A stretch of 64,000 bases of DNA from Candidatus Poribacteria bacterium (GCA_965222225.1 CBDCTK010000002.1:3840001-3904000); one strand, 5' to 3'; counted from the first letter of the stretch, positions 48,913 through 59,917 are shown. Translations and numbers: made by a program. The notes: a model not told the origin generated them from the letters alone.

Positions 48913-49314
48913 TTTGCAGCGGTTTGCCTAGAATCGTCCTAGGTAGGCATAGGTTAACTCAAACGCCAGATGGTTTTTCGCTATTCTCACAATTTACAAA
49001 ACTATCATATTTTTCGTAGCTAGGCACTTGAGTTTTCAAGGCTATCCCGAATTCACAGCCGCCAAATCTTGGTTTCATTGACCCACGCCTGAATTACGTC
49101 TCTCCCATTTATCAACTTATTATCAACGTACCCTTGCCTCCTTTAAGAAATAATCCGTCCGGTTTTTCCTGATGTGTCCCCTCCAGACATTCATTGCAAG
49201 CAAAAACTAATTTCTGGCCTGTCCCTGATTTTTCATGGCAAAGCCATTTTTTCATTTCGGTTTCGTTGTAACCGGATAGCCCCAATGAATACTATTTCAT
49301 CGGTGGAAGATTAA

Positions 49315-50739
49315 ATGTCACTCTCTTCACATCCCCAACCAAGAATCCCTTTTACAGTTGAGGCTGTTTGCGCAGTCTCCATGCTTTCGATTCTCTTTGT
49401 GCTATCCCTTTCTGCCCAACAGGTTGAAGATTTAACTCAGGGTAGACCGGTTTGTACCGCGATGAATGAGCAACACTTTCCCGACTTGGTATCTGATAGT
49501 GAGGGAGGCATAATCATCGCATGGCAGGATGCGCGGAACGAGAATCGTGATGTCTTTGCGCAGCGTGTTGACGCAAACGGTGAAATGTTATGGATGGCAA
49601 ATGGCGTTCAGGTCTGTAGCCTGCCGAGTGAACAGATCTGGCCGACAGTAGTGTCCGATGCCGACGGCGGAGCGATTATCATATTTGGTGATGGAAGGAA
49701 TAGACATCAAGATATCTATGCTCAACGCATTGATGGAAGTGGAAATCTGCTCTGGCAAAAGGAAGGAATTCCCGTTTGCGTTCATTCCGCAATAAAGACC
49801 GATATGCGAGCTATCTCAGATGGAGAAGGTAACACAATTGTCGTCTGGGAGGACTGGCGAAACGGAAATCAAGATATTTATGCCCAGAAAATTAACGTCA
49901 GCGGTCATCCGATGTGGGATGACAACGGTGTACCGGTATATCGAGGTGAAGGGGATCAGTACGATCCGTTTCTAACGGCAGACGATGAAGGCGGAGCCAT
50001 CGTCGTATGGTGGGACATCAGCACTGACGATTGGGATGTTTTTGCGCAGCGACTGAATAAGGAGGGGCAAGCGGTCTGGTCGGAGACTGCTGTTCCTGTG
50101 TGTACGGCTGCCGGACATCAGAGCACTCCGTTCGTGCTCCCGGATGGAGCGGGAGGAGCGCTCACAGTTTGGCTGGACTATAGAAACGACCCAGGCTTGT
50201 TGAGCAGCGCCGACATCTATGTACAGAGGATTAACGCGGCGGGAAAAACTCTCTGGCAGAAGGACGGTATCGTGCTCTGCGATGCACCGTCAAACCAGCA
50301 AGTGCCCGAAGGTATAAGTGACGCGGCAGGGGGTTTGATTGTCGTGTGGCGAGACGATCGCGATATCTTTTCGGACATTTACGCTCAAAGAATGAATCCG
50401 AACGGGGAACGCATATGGAATAACGACGGCGTTCCTGTCTGTGCGGCGGAAGGCGAACAGCGCAAACCATTCTTAGTCCCCGCCAGTCCGCACGGCGCCA
50501 TTGTGTATTGGCTTGATTATCGCGAAGACTACGGCAATGTTACCCACGACGCAATTTACGCACAGCGGATTGATGGAAATGGAACCTCCTTATGGACGCT
50601 AAGTGGCGTTCCTGTGTGTACTGCCGATGGCAATCAGACGACACCGAGAGCTGTAGCGGACGGCGATGATGGCGCTGTTATTGTGTGGACGGACTCCCGC
50701 GGTGAATCCTCGGACATTTATCTTCGGCGGGTGCCTTGA
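49315..50739 (+). CDS. Secreted beta-propeller repeat protein
   Basis: Seven ~60-aa repeats of SD..GG.I.VW.D.R...DIYAQRI...G..LW..GVPVC. Confidence 0.8.
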   Translation: MSLSSHPQPRIPFTVEAVCAVSMLSILFVLSLSAQQVEDLTQGRPVCTAMNEQHFPDLVSDSEGGIIIAWQDARNENRDVFAQRVDANGEMLWMANGVQVCSLPSEQIWPTVVSDADGGAIIIFGDGRNRHQDIYAQRIDGSGNLLWQKEGIPVCVHSAIKTDMRAISDGEGNTIVVWEDWRNGNQDIYAQKINVSGHPMWDDNGVPVYRGEGDQYDPFLTADDEGGAIVVWWDISTDDWDVFAQRLNKEGQAVWSETAVPVCTAAGHQSTPFVLPDGAGGALTVWLDYRNDPGLLSSADIYVQRINAAGKTLWQKDGIVLCDAPSNQQVPEGISDAAGGLIVVWRDDRDIFSDIYAQRMNPNGERIWNNDGVPVCAAEGEQRKPFLVPASPHGAIVYWLDYREDYGNVTHDAIYAQRIDGNGTSLWTLSGVPVCTADGNQTTPRAVADGDDGAVIVWTDSRGESSDIYLRRVP

Positions 50740-50834
50740 ACGCCTGTTTGAAAACCCTAAGTGCATCTATAAACAGGGCGCTCTTCCGAGGCGCAGGAGT
50801 GAAAAACTGCGAGCCTATGCTATCTACCTAACCA

Positions 50835-52208
50835 TTACACAATCTGATGTTTCTCTACAAGCTGTTTTACGGATTCCAGCGGAATGCCGAGTTGTCGTGC
50901 GATGGCTTCTAAGTCGCCTTGGGATTCCGCGTATGCTTCCGTCAAGAGTTGCTTTTCAAACTCCCGTAGTCTATTAGTTAACGATTGTCCATCAGTCTCT
51001 GCTGTATACGCCGCGAGAATTTCCTGCGGCAAATGATGTATGGAAATTGCGTCTCCTTCAACTTTATAAGTGATTTGTTCAATAACATACTTGAGTTGAC
51101 GTACATTACCGGGCCAGTGATAAGCGTTCATACAATCAAGTGTCTCAGGCAACAGTTTCTTAGGCTTAACCCCTGCCACTTCGGCAGACAAGCGTTCCAT
51201 AAAGTGGTAACACAGGAGTTCAATGTCTTCGCGGCGCTCACGTAGAGGGGGCAGCCAAATTGTCTCGAACGCGAGTCGATCATAAAGATCTTCGCGGAAT
51301 TTGCCCTGCTGCATTTCCGACTCAAGATCGCTGTTCGTTGCGGCAAGAACACGGACATCTACTTTTAACGTCTTCGATCCACCAACCCGCTCAAACTGCT
51401 GGTATTCCAGTACGCGGAGAATCTTTTGTTGGAACTCGTAAGACATGTTTCCAATCTCATCCAAAAAGAGCGTTCCTTTATCTGCCAACACGAAACGTCC
51501 TTCCCGGAACGAAGAGTTGGTGAAAGCGTTATCCTCCTGTCCGAACAGTTCGCATTCCAAGAGCCCTTCCGCCAAAGCGGCACAGTTGATGGTTATGAAG
51601 GCATTTTTCTTTCGTGGACTATCATGATGAATGCCTGCCGCGACCAACTCTTTCCCTGTTCCCCGCTCACCGCGAATTAAAATGGGACGCGGTATTGGCG
51701 CAACCTCCTGAATCTGTTGAATTAATCGCTGGATCTGGGGGCTTTTGCCAACAATATTGTACTTGCCTTTCAATTCTTCGCGGTAGAATTCGCGTTCTTG
51801 ACGTAGGCGTTTATTGTCGATCGTTGTGCGGATAAGGTTATCAAGCCGCATGAGGGCTAGTTCCATGTTTTCTTCGAGGTAAAAATCCTTCTCGACGAAC
51901 TCTTCCGCCCCCAGCTTAATCGATTCTGCAGCGGTTGAGACGGTACCCTTGCCGGTCAAGATGATCACTGGAAGTGCGGTTGTCCTTTTTCTAATTTCCT
52001 CCAGACAAGCGAGTCCACTCATTTGACCCTCGCCGAAATCAAGATCGAGGATGGCAAGGTCAAAGGCGTCACTACCTTTAACAATGAGGTCGAGCGCTTC
52101 TTGGGCGGTACCGACGGAAGTGACCTCCGCCCTTCGTTTCGCGAGCATCTCTCGTAGCAAGTCTTGTATTTCTTCCTGATCATCGGCAACCAAGATGCGT
52201 TCTGGCAT
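50835..52208 (-). CDS. NtrC-type response regulator (REC + sigma54 AAA+)
   Basis: [40 protein letters not shown]; GGGAGG RBS. Confidence 0.9.
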   Translation of the reverse strand: MPERILVADDQEEIQDLLREMLAKRRAEVTSVGTAQEALDLIVKGSDAFDLAILDLDFGEGQMSGLACLEEIRKRTTALPVIILTGKGTVSTAAESIKLGAEEFVEKDFYLEENMELALMRLDNLIRTTIDNKRLRQEREFYREELKGKYNIVGKSPQIQRLIQQIQEVAPIPRPILIRGERGTGKELVAAGIHHDSPRKKNAFITINCAALAEGLLECELFGQEDNAFTNSSFREGRFVLADKGTLFLDEIGNMSYEFQQKILRVLEYQQFERVGGSKTLKVDVRVLAATNSDLESEMQQGKFREDLYDRLAFETIWLPPLRERREDIELLCYHFMERLSAEVAGVKPKKLLPETLDCMNAYHWPGNVRQLKYVIEQITYKVEGDAISIHHLPQEILAAYTAETDGQSLTNRLREFEKQLLTEAYAESQGDLEAIARQLGIPLESVKQLVEKHQIV

Positions 52209-52242
52209 TTTCACCTCCCTACCGTGTGCCACACTGTCGCAA

Positions 52243-54210
52243 TTACACCAGCTCTTCAAAAGCAAGATCGCCTCGCGCCTCGTAAAAGATTGGCCGCATC
52301 TGCAGGTTTGTTTTTATCGGAACGGCGTCCGGATTTACCGGGAGATGAATTATGAATGTCGTTCCGCCTCCCTCCTTGCTGCGCAGATCTATACTCCCCA
52401 TGTGATCGCGCACCGTTCGTTGAACGATAGTCAAACCAAACCCGCTGCCTCCCTTTTTGCGCGTATACCCCGGCTGAAAGATTTTTTGCCGAAGTGTATC
52501 CGGAATACCCTCCCCTGTGTCAGCGAAGGAGATTTGAATTTTCGAGGATTGGGACTGATATTCGGTTTGAATCTGCAGGACACCCCCGTCTTCCATCGCT
52601 TCAAAAGCGTTGATTAGGACGTTATGAAACGCTTCTTTCAGTTGGCTCGAGTCGCCTTTGATAAACGGGAGATTCGCCGCTAAATCCGGTTGACACTCAA
52701 TTCTTTTGGCTGTACAAACGGACCTCAGTTTAATTAACAGATTCTCAATGAGCCTATTGATGTCAACCAGTTCCGAGACCGGCGCTTCTGTTCGCAGTGT
52801 GTCCAGGATTTCGGTCAACTGATTATACGAGTCCTCATGTTGAGTCAAGGTTCGATTGAGCATGCTATGCAGCTTGGAGGCAGGGTCCGACTGGCGCAAC
52901 GCCGATCGGAGCTGTACACCGCTAATGCTAACGAGGTTCTTAACACGATGCAAACGGGAAATCAGGCTTTGGTGCCCCTCGGCGCGCGCGACATCAATAA
53001 GTGAGAGAGAAAGTCGAAAGATTATCGCTGCGGCAACCTGTGGACGGAATGTTAGCCAGCCGCGGAGATCTTTTAGAAGTTCCTCGTCATGCTCGTAAAA
53101 GTAGAGTTTCGCAAGATTGTGGTATGGGGCTTCATAATCCGGCTCGAGTTGGATCGCTTGGCGAAATTCCTCGGCGGCTTTCTGAATCTGCTTTTCTTGC
53201 AAATACAAGAGCCCGAGATTATTTCTTACCTGAGCGGAGGGAGCATATTCCAAGCCCGTTTGATAAGCGGAAATCGCCAATTTCGCGTCGGCAGGATTAT
53301 CGTCGTAAAGACTTCCCAGAATAAAATAGACCTGATCCATCTGATCAAAGGTCTTCAACATCTCATTTCTTGATATTAATTGGACAAATTGATCGATTGC
53401 TTCCTGACGATACTCGGGATGATTGTAACGATTCTTCGCATAGAGCAGCCCTAGCGCAAAACGGGCATCCAGATGGTCGGGATCCCGTTCAACTGCACTT
53501 TTGAGGCAGTCAATCGCAAGACTCAAATCTCCTGAACGTTTCAGATGGACATCGGCAAGGTGATAATAAGCATCGGAGTCGTTGGGTTCGATGCTAAGAA
53601 TCTCCTCCAACACCTGTTGCGCTTCGGCCCACATCTGCCGTTTGATGTATAGCACAGCAAGGTTATAACGCGCGGCATAATTCGGCATTCGCGCCACGAC
53701 CTGTTGAAAATCGTGGCACGCTTTTTCAAGCTCGCCCCGCTTGTCATAGAGCGATCCGCGATCGTACCGCGCCTCGACATAAGACGGATCAAGTTCGATT
53801 GCCCTTGTGAATTCATGGATTGCTTCCTGCCACGCGCCGTCAAGATCGTAGTAGTCTTGGAGTAATTGCCCCAGCGAATAGTGATAATGCGCGCTCAACG
53901 GATTTAGCGAAATTGCCCTTTGGAAAGAATCTTTGGCGGCATCGAATTCCCCCTCCTTGTAGTATGCCAACCCTAATCTGTGATGAATAGCGGCGCACTC
54001 CGAATCCAGTTCCAGCGCACGTTTGTACGTTAGGATTGCAAGGCTATAGTGCCGTTCATTGAAATACCAATCTCCCAGAAGACACTGATCTCTTGCCACG
54101 GTGGTAGTTGGAGGATGGGGTTCCGCACGTGAAAGACGAGAGTCTTCGCCTTGGCGAAGACTAGCGGAATTTAGAGAGGGGTTGTGTGCGGGCGAGTAGG
54201 ATTTATGCAT
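52243..54210 (-). CDS. TPR-repeat sensor histidine kinase
   Basis: Many TPRs; H-box LHRVKN, N-box NVLINAFEAM, DTGEGIP, GSGFGL. Confidence 0.85.
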   Translation of the reverse strand: MHKSYSPAHNPSLNSASLRQGEDSRLSRAEPHPPTTTVARDQCLLGDWYFNERHYSLAILTYKRALELDSECAAIHHRLGLAYYKEGEFDAAKDSFQRAISLNPLSAHYHYSLGQLLQDYYDLDGAWQEAIHEFTRAIELDPSYVEARYDRGSLYDKRGELEKACHDFQQVVARMPNYAARYNLAVLYIKRQMWAEAQQVLEEILSIEPNDSDAYYHLADVHLKRSGDLSLAIDCLKSAVERDPDHLDARFALGLLYAKNRYNHPEYRQEAIDQFVQLISRNEMLKTFDQMDQVYFILGSLYDDNPADAKLAISAYQTGLEYAPSAQVRNNLGLLYLQEKQIQKAAEEFRQAIQLEPDYEAPYHNLAKLYFYEHDEELLKDLRGWLTFRPQVAAAIIFRLSLSLIDVARAEGHQSLISRLHRVKNLVSISGVQLRSALRQSDPASKLHSMLNRTLTQHEDSYNQLTEILDTLRTEAPVSELVDINRLIENLLIKLRSVCTAKRIECQPDLAANLPFIKGDSSQLKEAFHNVLINAFEAMEDGGVLQIQTEYQSQSSKIQISFADTGEGIPDTLRQKIFQPGYTRKKGGSGFGLTIVQRTVRDHMGSIDLRSKEGGGTTFIIHLPVNPDAVPIKTNLQMRPIFYEARGDLAFEELV

Positions 54211-54219
54211 CGTTGTGAG

Positions 54220-54353
54220 GTAGGAGTGATCTCCGAATCAATCAACCGAGTGGATAGCGAGTAGGATTTTCTATCGCCTTGGGATTTCTATGAACTCCAT
54301 CACACTCGCTATTCACTCATTTGATCCCTCGTTGTCCACTCGGTCAATCCTAC
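54220..54353. repeat. Convergent REPs with hairpin-element units in both orientations
   Basis: GTAGGAGTGATCTCCGAATC AATCAACCGAGTGGATAGCGAGT ... CTCGCTATTCACTCATTTGATC ... CCTAC. Confidence 0.78.
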
Positions 54354-54458
54354 AGGATTGCGGAAGAAAGAAAACGAGTTTTGAGGAAAAAACACTCGGT
54401 TTCGGGGGAAATAGCGTTGCTCTGCATAGATTTCCAAACGGATTCTTGCCAACCGAAC

Positions 54459-56030
54459 TCAAATGAGAAGCTCGTCGCCGATTGGAAAGAATTGATCCGC
54501 CATTCGTTGCAGGTCCATGGATGTATTATGCTCGAAAGCGACAACCTCGACTCGCTTGCCTTGTTGCTTTATAAGCTCCGCAAGCGCGCAAAAGTCACCG
54601 TCGCCGCTGGCTAGAATTACGACATCAAGCGCTCCTAGCATTGACACGATGTCAATTGCGATGCCCACATCCCAGTCCCCCTTTGCTGTACCATCTCCTC
54701 GGAGACGCAAGTCCTTGCTTTTTATGGTATATCCATTATGCTCAAGAAGGGACAAAAATCCCGACTGGTTTATCTCGGGAATCTGGACGACATAGGCATA
54801 CGCCACGACAAGCTGCCGCGGGCCAACGATGAGATCGAGTAGTTTGATATAATCCACTCGCCCGGCATACCGGTCTTTGGCGGCGTAGAACATGTTCTGA
54901 ACATCCACAAAAACACCAACACTCGGCTGTTCTTTCAGTACCCTATTTTGCAAACTCTGTCTGGAATCGTGTTGACCAAAAAATTGTTCCACTTTGTCGC
55001 GGGTGCGTAGAAGTGCCGACTTTGACATCTCGGAGAACTTGCTCAGTTCTGATACCTGCGACTGGAAGTCCGAGTGCATTCGTTCAATCGTTTGATTACC
55101 TTTATAAACGAGTTCCTCAAAGGATTTCAATTCAACAGCAAACTCCGCTTGCGTAACCTTCTGAAAGGATTGAATTTCCGCAGACTGATTCGACAGTTTT
55201 TCAACCTGCCGTTTGAGGTTGTGAATCTCCAGTTGTAGCTGTTGAACATGTATATCTTGTTCCATGAATCGGTGTTCTTTTTCCCGGAAATCCTCGTTTT
55301 CTTGAAGAGACTGTTGCAGTTGCCGTTTGAGGTCTTCATTATCTTTTTTTTGAGCGGCATACTCATCGTTCAGTTGATTTACCGTTTGCTGGAGTCGGAC
55401 AAGTTTCCGATTAGTTTCGAGATGGGGATCTTCCTTTGGAATTGGGGCCTGTGCGATTTTCTCGGTCAGTACGTCCGCACCAACGTCCAATGCTTGAATT
55501 GCATTGATGCTTTCATTTGTCCTAGTTTTCGGCGAGTGGACACCGCGATTGGTGTCATTAGTTTTTGCGTCATGTTCGGATCTCGTCAAGCTGCCAAAAT
55601 TGGCTATTTCATGGACAGACTGCTCATATTCTTTGAGGAGTTTTTGTCCGTGCCGTTGGACGTCTTGGCGGGAATCAGTCAAAAGTGCCCACACAATCTC
55701 GGTGAAGTCTCCTCCTTCGACCAAAAGTGTGCAAGTTCTTAGGAAAGTTTGAATCTCCTGCAAATCCATATAGCCGACCCGGCGAATTGCTCCTTCCGTC
55801 TTCTGCACGAGATACTCATGCACGACCTGTTGAGCGGTCTCTTGACGAAAAAAAGCCTCGGCTAGATTCTCGATAACCCAATTGACAGAACGAGAGTCCA
55901 TCTGCGCGGGGGCGTCACGGATACCGCATCGGGTTTTTAGGCTGGTTATCTCCTTTTCGTCAAGCAATTCAGTAAGAATCCAAGTAAGTTGGTGTTTGTC
56001 GATTTGAATCTTTATATTTTGCTGAATCAT
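54459..56030 (-). CDS. NYN (LabA/DUF88 PIN-fold) domain protein with long N-terminal helical/coiled-coil region
   Basis: VFVDVQNMFY, KGDWDVGIAID, LASGDGDF, GKRVEV, ADQF. Confidence 0.88.
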   Translation of the reverse strand: MIQQNIKIQIDKHQLTWILTELLDEKEITSLKTRCGIRDAPAQMDSRSVNWVIENLAEAFFRQETAQQVVHEYLVQKTEGAIRRVGYMDLQEIQTFLRTCTLLVEGGDFTEIVWALLTDSRQDVQRHGQKLLKEYEQSVHEIANFGSLTRSEHDAKTNDTNRGVHSPKTRTNESINAIQALDVGADVLTEKIAQAPIPKEDPHLETNRKLVRLQQTVNQLNDEYAAQKKDNEDLKRQLQQSLQENEDFREKEHRFMEQDIHVQQLQLEIHNLKRQVEKLSNQSAEIQSFQKVTQAEFAVELKSFEELVYKGNQTIERMHSDFQSQVSELSKFSEMSKSALLRTRDKVEQFFGQHDSRQSLQNRVLKEQPSVGVFVDVQNMFYAAKDRYAGRVDYIKLLDLIVGPRQLVVAYAYVVQIPEINQSGFLSLLEHNGYTIKSKDLRLRGDGTAKGDWDVGIAIDIVSMLGALDVVILASGDGDFCALAELIKQQGKRVEVVAFEHNTSMDLQRMADQFFPIGDELLI

Positions 56031-56066
56031 TTTAGGCCTCCAGTAGTTGCGATTGTTTTTTGAAAC

Positions 56067-56182
56067 GTAGGATCAAGCGAACGATCAACTGAGCGGATAG
56101 CGAAGGCGATAGTAAATCCCATAGTGAGTGCGATAGAGATTCCCTCAAACGAGATCGACCGAACTGACAGTGAGTGCGACAG
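56067..56182 (+). repeat. Hairpin element nested in the loop of another, plus a third degenerate copy
   Basis: GATCAA GC GA AC [GATCAA CT GA GC GGATA GC GA AG GCGATAG TAAATCCC] ATA GT GA GT GCGATAG AGATTCC. Confidence 0.85.
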
Positions 56183-56232
56183 CTTTTTCCCGCTTTCTCT
56201 GATTATCCGTAGGAACGATCTTCCAATCCCTA

Positions 56233-56808
56233 CTATCTCCGAATGGTTGTATCACTAGAAGAAACAATCCATTCCGCAGCCGCATAAATATCCGCGAATA
56301 CCCGTTGGGGCTGCATTGGGGAAGCAGCACCCACATCATTAGTCAAACTCGATTTGTGACCATTCCCTGTTAATACAAGCAACGGACAAACGCCAAACTC
56401 ATTCCCCGCCTGAATGTCGCTATTTGAATCGCCAATTAAGTAGGTGTTATCTATATCAATTTCATGTTGCGATGCCGCCCGCAACAGCATACCGGGTTTA
56501 GGTTTGCGGCACGTGCAATTCTCGTCATCACGATGGGGGCAATAGTAAACGGCGTGGATACGACCGCCGGCGCCCTCGATTTCAGCCAACATCTTGCAGT
56601 GGATTTCGTTCAGCATCTTGAGTGACAGAATTCCTTTATTGATGCAAGCTTGATTTGTGACGGTGATGAGTTGATAGCCGGCATGAGTGAGCAATCTGAT
56701 TGCCTCCAGAGAGTTTGGCAGAAACTCAAACTCACTCCAACTTTTGACATAATCACTATCGCGATTACGGTTGATTACGCCGTCCCGATCAAGAAACACC
56801 GTCTTCAT
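56233..56808 (-). CDS. gmhB: D-glycero-D-manno-heptose 1,7-bisphosphate phosphatase
   Basis: FLDRDGVIN, VTNQ, CPH....C.CRKPKPGM, IGD..SDI. Confidence 0.92.
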   Translation of the reverse strand: MKTVFLDRDGVINRNRDSDYVKSWSEFEFLPNSLEAIRLLTHAGYQLITVTNQACINKGILSLKMLNEIHCKMLAEIEGAGGRIHAVYYCPHRDDENCTCRKPKPGMLLRAASQHEIDIDNTYLIGDSNSDIQAGNEFGVCPLLVLTGNGHKSSLTNDVGAASPMQPQRVFADIYAAAEWIVSSSDTTIRR

Positions 56809-57821
56809 TCGGCGCTACCGGGGTGGATGCCCTGCATGAGTTGACCTTGATTCACGGCAACGCAACCCACCTCTCCGCAAACGATGCCTCCCGCAAGATT
56901 GGAAAGCCGGGCAGCCTCAAGCATGTCGGCTCCTGCGGCAAGAGCTAACGTGTACACGGCTACGACCGTATCGCCAGCCCCCGTGTCGTCGAACACCTCT
57001 TGCGCCTGTGTGGGAATGTGATCTACGCGCAATTCCCCCTCGCAGCTCCGCCGAAAGAGCGACATTCCCTGCTCGCCGCGCGTAATCAACAACCCATCAA
57101 GATTGAGTCTATCCAATATCTCCTCGCCGACGGCAACCAAGCTTTTCTCATCAGAAATCTTCCTGTTGACAGCAAGCCCCGCCTCTTTATGGTTCGGAGT
57201 GATGGATGTCACGCCTTTGTAGTTCCAAAAATTCTCAACTTTCGGATCGACAACAACCGGTTTTCCGTGCTGTCGCGCGGTACGAAGTACTCCCTCGATT
57301 AATCTACCGCTGACGCCGCCCTTGTCATAATCTTCAAAAACAATGGCATCGACATACGGTACGCGACTGAGGGCATTTTTCATCAGCTGCTCGTGGATCT
57401 TAGTTTTTACGGGCGCATTTGATTCCCGATCCAAACGCACAAGCTGTTGATGGGTTGATGTACTGGTGCTCGAAGTTCGCGCGATGACGCGGGTTTTGGT
57501 GCTCGTGGGCCGATCCGCGTCAATGCAAATTCCACTCGCATCTATCCCGATCTGCTCAAGCATCTGAATCAACTTCTTTCCGTTGTCGTCATCCCCGACA
57601 ACGCCAATCAGGTCGACCCGTCCACCCAAATTGACGATATTCTGTGCGACATTCGCGGCGCCCCCGGTACGAGTTGTTTCGGAGGCAATCTCCAGCACGG
57701 GCACGGGCGCTTCCGGCGAAATCCGATTGACATCCCCCCAGATGTACTCATCCAAGATGACATCACCGATGATGAGGACCTGCCTCCCTTCAAGCTGATC
57801 CAGAACCGTTTGAAGACTCAC
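56805..57821 (-). CDS. rfaE1: D-glycero-beta-D-manno-heptose-7-phosphate kinase
   Basis: GDVILDEY, RISPEAPVPV, GGAANVA, DYDKG, TPN..E, D.TGAGDT. Confidence 0.9.
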   Translation of the reverse strand: MSLQTVLDQLEGRQVLIIGDVILDEYIWGDVNRISPEAPVPVLEIASETTRTGGAANVAQNIVNLGGRVDLIGVVGDDDNGKKLIQMLEQIGIDASGICIDADRPTSTKTRVIARTSSTSTSTHQQLVRLDRESNAPVKTKIHEQLMKNALSRVPYVDAIVFEDYDKGGVSGRLIEGVLRTARQHGKPVVVDPKVENFWNYKGVTSITPNHKEAGLAVNRKISDEKSLVAVGEEILDRLNLDGLLITRGEQGMSLFRRSCEGELRVDHIPTQAQEVFDDTGAGDTVVAVYTLALAAGADMLEAARLSNLAGGIVCGEVGCVAVNQGQLMQGIHPGSAE

Positions 57822-58123
57822 TATACTCTCACATCAAGCACGTTTCAACACAAAAGTTTTTCCCACATCGACTAGGAAGAGTAGGATTGGAAGAATGGAA
57901 GAATGGAAGATTCTCTTCCACGCCACTCTCCTGGCTCCAATATTACCCGCGGCAACGGGCTGACATCGGACGCACGATAATTCTAGCACATCTTGATGGA
58001 CACATCAAGTGTTCATTTTTTGGACGAGTTTACTAAGTCTAATTGAGCAGGGCTTGTAATTTGGTAGGTGTATGCAAAGGCGCGACAAAGAAGAAATACC
58101 GATTTCCGCGGGAAATGGGGTGG

Positions 58124-59215
58124 TCACGGTCGAAAAATAACCTGATAAACCTTGATGTCGTTTGTCCCGAAATCGCTGACGAAAACTCGATCGTCTCTGG
58201 ATACAACGATGCCAACGGGTTCAACGAGTATGTCGCTCCCAAATTCCGTCAGGGGTTCGCCGTTTGGCGTAAAGATCTGCACCCGCCGATTTCCGCGGTC
58301 GGTGACATAAAGGGAGTTCCAGCGGTCCAAGCCAATTTGGTTCGGTTCTCGGAACTGCCCGAGCGCCGTGCCTTCGCCCCCCCATATTTGGACGAGATTG
58401 GCGCTGAAGTCATACTTTTTGACCCGGTGGTTGCCCGAGTCGACGACATAGATGTTTCCATAGGGGTCGACAACGAGGCCCGTCGGATCTCGAAACTGTT
58501 CGTTCTCGCCCCCGAAACTTCCGCGAATTAGGGCGGGGCGACCTTCGCTATCGAACTGAATAAAACGGTTGTTTCCGGTATCGACAACGTAGATTTCCCC
58601 ATTCCGTCCGATTCCGATCCCGTTGGGCAGATCCAACTCGATAGGCGCGCCCGTACTCAAGTTTCCGGAGTCGCCACCAGGGTAATCACCCAACATAAGA
58701 TGAAAAATACGATCCACAAGATTGCAATACTGCACCCGGCTGTTTCCCGTGTCGATGACGTAAAGAATCTCTGTGCGTTGAAAATTGATGGCGGTGGCGG
58801 TCGGCTGATCGAACTCTCCGGTTCGCCATCCACGGCTACCGAATTCCGTGATGAAATTCCCGTCAAAATCAACGACGTGGATGCGATTATTTCCCGAATC
58901 TGCGACGTACAAGTGACCGAGCCGATCCAATGCCAATCCGAACGGCTGAATAAACTGCCCGGCGCCTTGACCGGGGCCGCCAATCGTCCCGACATAGTTT
59001 ACGCCGAGTATTTGCGGGGAGGGTTGAATGCGCGTGGATGGGACTATTTGAGGCGAAGCAATCTTCCGGACAAGCTGGGACGTTCCCGATTGATTTTCGA
59101 GGATGGCATGACCATCGGCAACCGACTGATTGCCGGCTTGTCGCGGTGAGGCACAACTCGCGAATATAGGAAAGACAATAAGATACAGTAATGGATACCA
59201 TCTCCGATACATCAC
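58124..59215 (-). CDS. NHL-repeat beta-propeller lipoprotein
   Basis: Lipobox FASC; F..P.G...D..G.IYV.D.GN.R repeats. Confidence 0.85.
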   Translation of the reverse strand: MMYRRWYPLLYLIVFPIFASCASPRQAGNQSVADGHAILENQSGTSQLVRKIASPQIVPSTRIQPSPQILGVNYVGTIGGPGQGAGQFIQPFGLALDRLGHLYVADSGNNRIHVVDFDGNFITEFGSRGWRTGEFDQPTATAINFQRTEILYVIDTGNSRVQYCNLVDRIFHLMLGDYPGGDSGNLSTGAPIELDLPNGIGIGRNGEIYVVDTGNNRFIQFDSEGRPALIRGSFGGENEQFRDPTGLVVDPYGNIYVVDSGNHRVKKYDFSANLVQIWGGEGTALGQFREPNQIGLDRWNSLYVTDRGNRRVQIFTPNGEPLTEFGSDILVEPVGIVVSRDDRVFVSDFGTNDIKVYQVIFRP

Positions 59216-59832
59216 TTAAGTGTACCTTTGATGACTTCAAACTTGAAGACAAAAGTGGTTTGCGTATCTTCGAAGTCGTTGCTAACTTTCGGCACGATGA
59301 CGCGTAGACTTGTAGATTTAATGCTCCGCTTGCGAAAGTAGAGGAAGAATTGCGTCCGATGATTTGGCATGATCGTCGTTCTTTCGATATCTTCTCGAGG
59401 AAGCGCGACCGAGCTTCCTTCCGTGCGAAGTGTGCGGTCATGTCGAAAGAGTTCCATCGCAAATTCGGGAGGCAACTTCGGCTTAAAATTTTTGCCCAAG
59501 AAGAACGACTCTTGGGACTTGTCAATCGGCTTTGTTACGTTGCCAGCCTGATCCAGCAACTGGCAATCTTTTCGTTTGAACGAAACCCAATTGCTAGTGC
59601 GGTTAAATATCAAAATACCGAATGCGTCAACTGCCTTCACATCGTTCAGCGGCACAGCCATCGCCGTGATGCCGTCTTTCTCGTAAATGACAGTGCCAGT
59701 CTGTGGAAGAATGACCGCCTCCGCGTCAAATTGTGGGACAATCTGCACGGGTTGCAGGGCGGAACATCCCAAGGTTGTCGCCAGTAGTAGGAACGCTATA
59801 ATTTCTGTGCCGAGTTGTGTATATTTTTTCAT
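59212..59832 (-). CDS. Hypothetical lipoprotein
   Basis: Signal peptide with TLGC lipobox; stop overlaps the next gene's start. Confidence 0.7.
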   Translation of the reverse strand: MKKYTQLGTEIIAFLLLATTLGCSALQPVQIVPQFDAEAVILPQTGTVIYEKDGITAMAVPLNDVKAVDAFGILIFNRTSNWVSFKRKDCQLLDQAGNVTKPIDKSQESFFLGKNFKPKLPPEFAMELFRHDRTLRTEGSSVALPREDIERTTIMPNHRTQFFLYFRKRSIKSTSLRVIVPKVSNDFEDTQTTFVFKFEVIKGTLK

Positions 59833-59917
59833 AGGACTTTGGACGCGAGAAACGCTTCCTTTCGTTGATTTTTTAGTGTCATAGGTAGGAGGGAATTCCG
59901 ATTCCCGACGATTGGCT

